DNA of 32,000 bases, from the NCBI RefSeq assembly GCF_051549785.1, contig NZ_CP189974.1, positions 911,231 to 943,230 on the forward strand, in the 5' to 3' direction. The notes below the pieces were generated by a model, which saw only the letters and a list, made by a program, of their open reading frames with translations, was not told the origin of the DNA and did no database searches. Positions 30,460 through 32,000 of the stretch are shown one piece after another. How positions within the stretch are numbered: the first letter of the stretch is position 1; each line of letters starts with the position of its first letter. The position numbers and the translations under genes were made by a program. This stretch comes from Candidatus Caldatribacterium sp. SIUC1 (GTDB lineage Bacteria > Atribacterota > Atribacteria > Atribacterales > Caldatribacteriaceae).

Positions 30460-31673
30460 ACTTCTCGGAGAGCTTTCAGACCGCACTGTTCAATCTTTTC
30501 GCCAACAAGCTCCGGTCCTTCCTCACCATGCTTGGGGTTATCATTGGGGTGGCAAGCGTCGTCGCCATGGTGAGCCTTGGGCAGGGTATGCGGGCGCAGA
30601 TTGTGGATCAAATAAGCAGCCTCGGGTCGAACATCCTCACCGTCATTCCCGGAAAGGTTCGCCAGGGTGCAGGACCCATGGGGATGTTCATGGCCCGGGG
30701 AGGGGGAAATGTCCTCAAGTACGAGTACTTCCAGGAACTCCGGGCTACCCCCTTCCCCGGCATTCGGGCGGTGACGACGGAGGCGACGACCAGCCTACCC
30801 GTGACCTTTGCCCGGGAGAGCGTTTTCGTAAACGTGGTGGGGACGACACCGGAGTTGCTGGAGATTCGTAACTTCACGCTCCTTGGTGGTCGTTCCTTCA
30901 GCGGATATGACTACTCCCGCTCCCGGAAAGTGGCGATTCTGGGACACACGGTGGCCCAGGACCTTTTTGGGGATCCTCTCCTTGCTGTGGGGGCCTCAAT
31001 CCGAGTCGGACGAACGATTTTTACTGTGGTGGGTGTGCTTGAGCCGAAGACCATGGGTGGCCAGGATCTGGGAAATCAGGTGTTCATCCCCCTCACGACG
31101 TTCCGGCAGTACCTCACGGGAGACCGGTATCTCCGGAACATCATTGTCCAGGTGAACGAAAAGGAGAACATTCCCCTTGTGTCGCAGTGGCTTTCTGATT
31201 TCTTCACGAGGAAAATCGGAGACCCTGAGCAGTTCTCCATCCTGAACCAGCAGGACCTTCTGGAAACTGTGGAGAGCGTGACGGGGACCGTCACGCTTTT
31301 CCTTGCCGTCATTGCTGGTATTTCGCTCCTTGTGGGAGGCATCGGCATCATGAACATCATGCTTGTGTCCGTGGCGGAGAGAACCCGGGAGATCGGCCTT
31401 CGCAAGGCCATCGGGGCAAAACCCCGGGATATCCTCCTGCAGTTCCTCCTGGAGTCTTCGCTTTTGAGCCTTGTGGGGGGAGTGGTGGGGCTCGTTCTTG
31501 GCATTCTTGCTGGCAGGACCATGGCGTCCTTCTCCCAGTTTCCCTTCGTGCTCTCGCCACAGGTCATGGCCCTGGCCCTCTCAGTTTCTCTGGCTGTGGG
31601 GCTCTTTTTCGGGATATATCCGGCCCGGAGGGCGAGTCGTCTCGACCCCATTACGGCACTCCGTTACGAGTAG
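30456..31673 (+). CDS. MacB-type ABC transporter permease (separate polypeptide)
   Basis: [36 protein letters not shown]...[44 protein letters not shown]...[20 protein letters not shown]. Confidence 0.95.
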   Translation: MNFSESFQTALFNLFANKLRSFLTMLGVIIGVASVVAMVSLGQGMRAQIVDQISSLGSNILTVIPGKVRQGAGPMGMFMARGGGNVLKYEYFQELRATPFPGIRAVTTEATTSLPVTFARESVFVNVVGTTPELLEIRNFTLLGGRSFSGYDYSRSRKVAILGHTVAQDLFGDPLLAVGASIRVGRTIFTVVGVLEPKTMGGQDLGNQVFIPLTTFRQYLTGDRYLRNIIVQVNEKENIPLVSQWLSDFFTRKIGDPEQFSILNQQDLLETVESVTGTVTLFLAVIAGISLLVGGIGIMNIMLVSVAERTREIGLRKAIGAKPRDILLQFLLESSLLSLVGGVVGLVLGILAGRTMASFSQFPFVLSPQVMALALSVSLAVGLFFGIYPARRASRLDPITALRYE

Positions 31674-31687
31674 AAGGAGGGATGGAT

Positions 31688-32000
31688 ATGAAGTTAAGGA
31701 TTTTAGGAATTCTCGCGATTCTGGTGTTCACTGTCTTCTGGGATATGGGACTGGTCTTCGGGGAGGAGGCGAAGACCCCAACGTCGCTCTCGCTCAAAGA
31801 GGCGATTGAACTTGGCCTTCAGAAAAGCCGAACGATTCGCCTTGCTGAGTTATCCCTGAAGGTTCAGGAACTGCAGTACAGGGAGGGGAAGGCGAACCTT
31901 CTCCTGAACCCCTCGGTGGTCTCTGAGCTCCGGCTCGAGAATACCTGGCAAAGCGCACAGAGGAATTTCGCCCTGCAGCGCATGCAGCTTGCCCTCAGCA
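31688..32000 (+). CDS. Second TolC-family outer membrane protein, truncated by the window edge
   Basis: MKLRILGILAILVFTVFWDMGLVFGEEAKTPTSLSLKEAIELGLQKSRTIRLAELSLKVQELQYREGKANLLLNPSVVSELRL; aaggaggg ribosome-binding site; missing from the ORF track. Confidence 0.82.
   Translation, partial: MKLRILGILAILVFTVFWDMGLVFGEEAKTPTSLSLKEAIELGLQKSRTIRLAELSLKVQELQYREGKANLLLNPSVVSELRLENTWQSAQRNFALQRMQLALS

Overview
This 32 kb window is a gene-dense bacterial chromosome segment made almost entirely of core housekeeping genes. I found no CRISPR array, transposon, phage module or obvious defence locus, and no clear undescribed multigene system.

Content from start to end:
- Minus strand: a Na+/solute symporter (runs off the left edge) with a small membrane partner.
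- Plus strand: an isochorismatase-family hydrolase, glutamate formimidoyltransferase, an Hsp20 heat-shock protein, tRNA-Pro(CGG), a PlsC-like acyltransferase, a membrane-anchored NHL-repeat protein and an AmmeMemoRadiSam B protein.
- Plus strand: a cold-shock protein, then a long overlapping chain rpmE-thyX-DUF1385-prfA-prmC-rpiB-dCMP deaminase-wecA/tagO-like-wecB.
- Minus strand: a complete F-type ATP synthase operon (atpZ, atpI-like, B, E, F, H, A, G, D, C).
- Plus strand: tRNA-Gly(CCC), then nusA-ylxR-infB-DUF503-rbfA-nrnA-truB-ribF.
- Plus strand: a TolC/MacA/MacB-type export cluster with a second TolC-like gene cut by the right edge.

The observations most worth following up are:
1. An AtpH (delta) subunit lacking its whole N-terminal domain.
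2. A c-subunit with a Na+-type ligand signature and an eroded glycine motif.
3. Inversion of the atp operon next to its usual neighbours, with back-to-back stop codons.
4. An 11-bp-phased TCACA repeat array upstream of an extended -10 before the export operon.
5. Perfect hairpins or palindromes at the predicted 5' ends of the csp and nusA transcripts and in a divergent promoter.

The lineage is not resolved from sequence alone. The TolC proteins imply a diderm.
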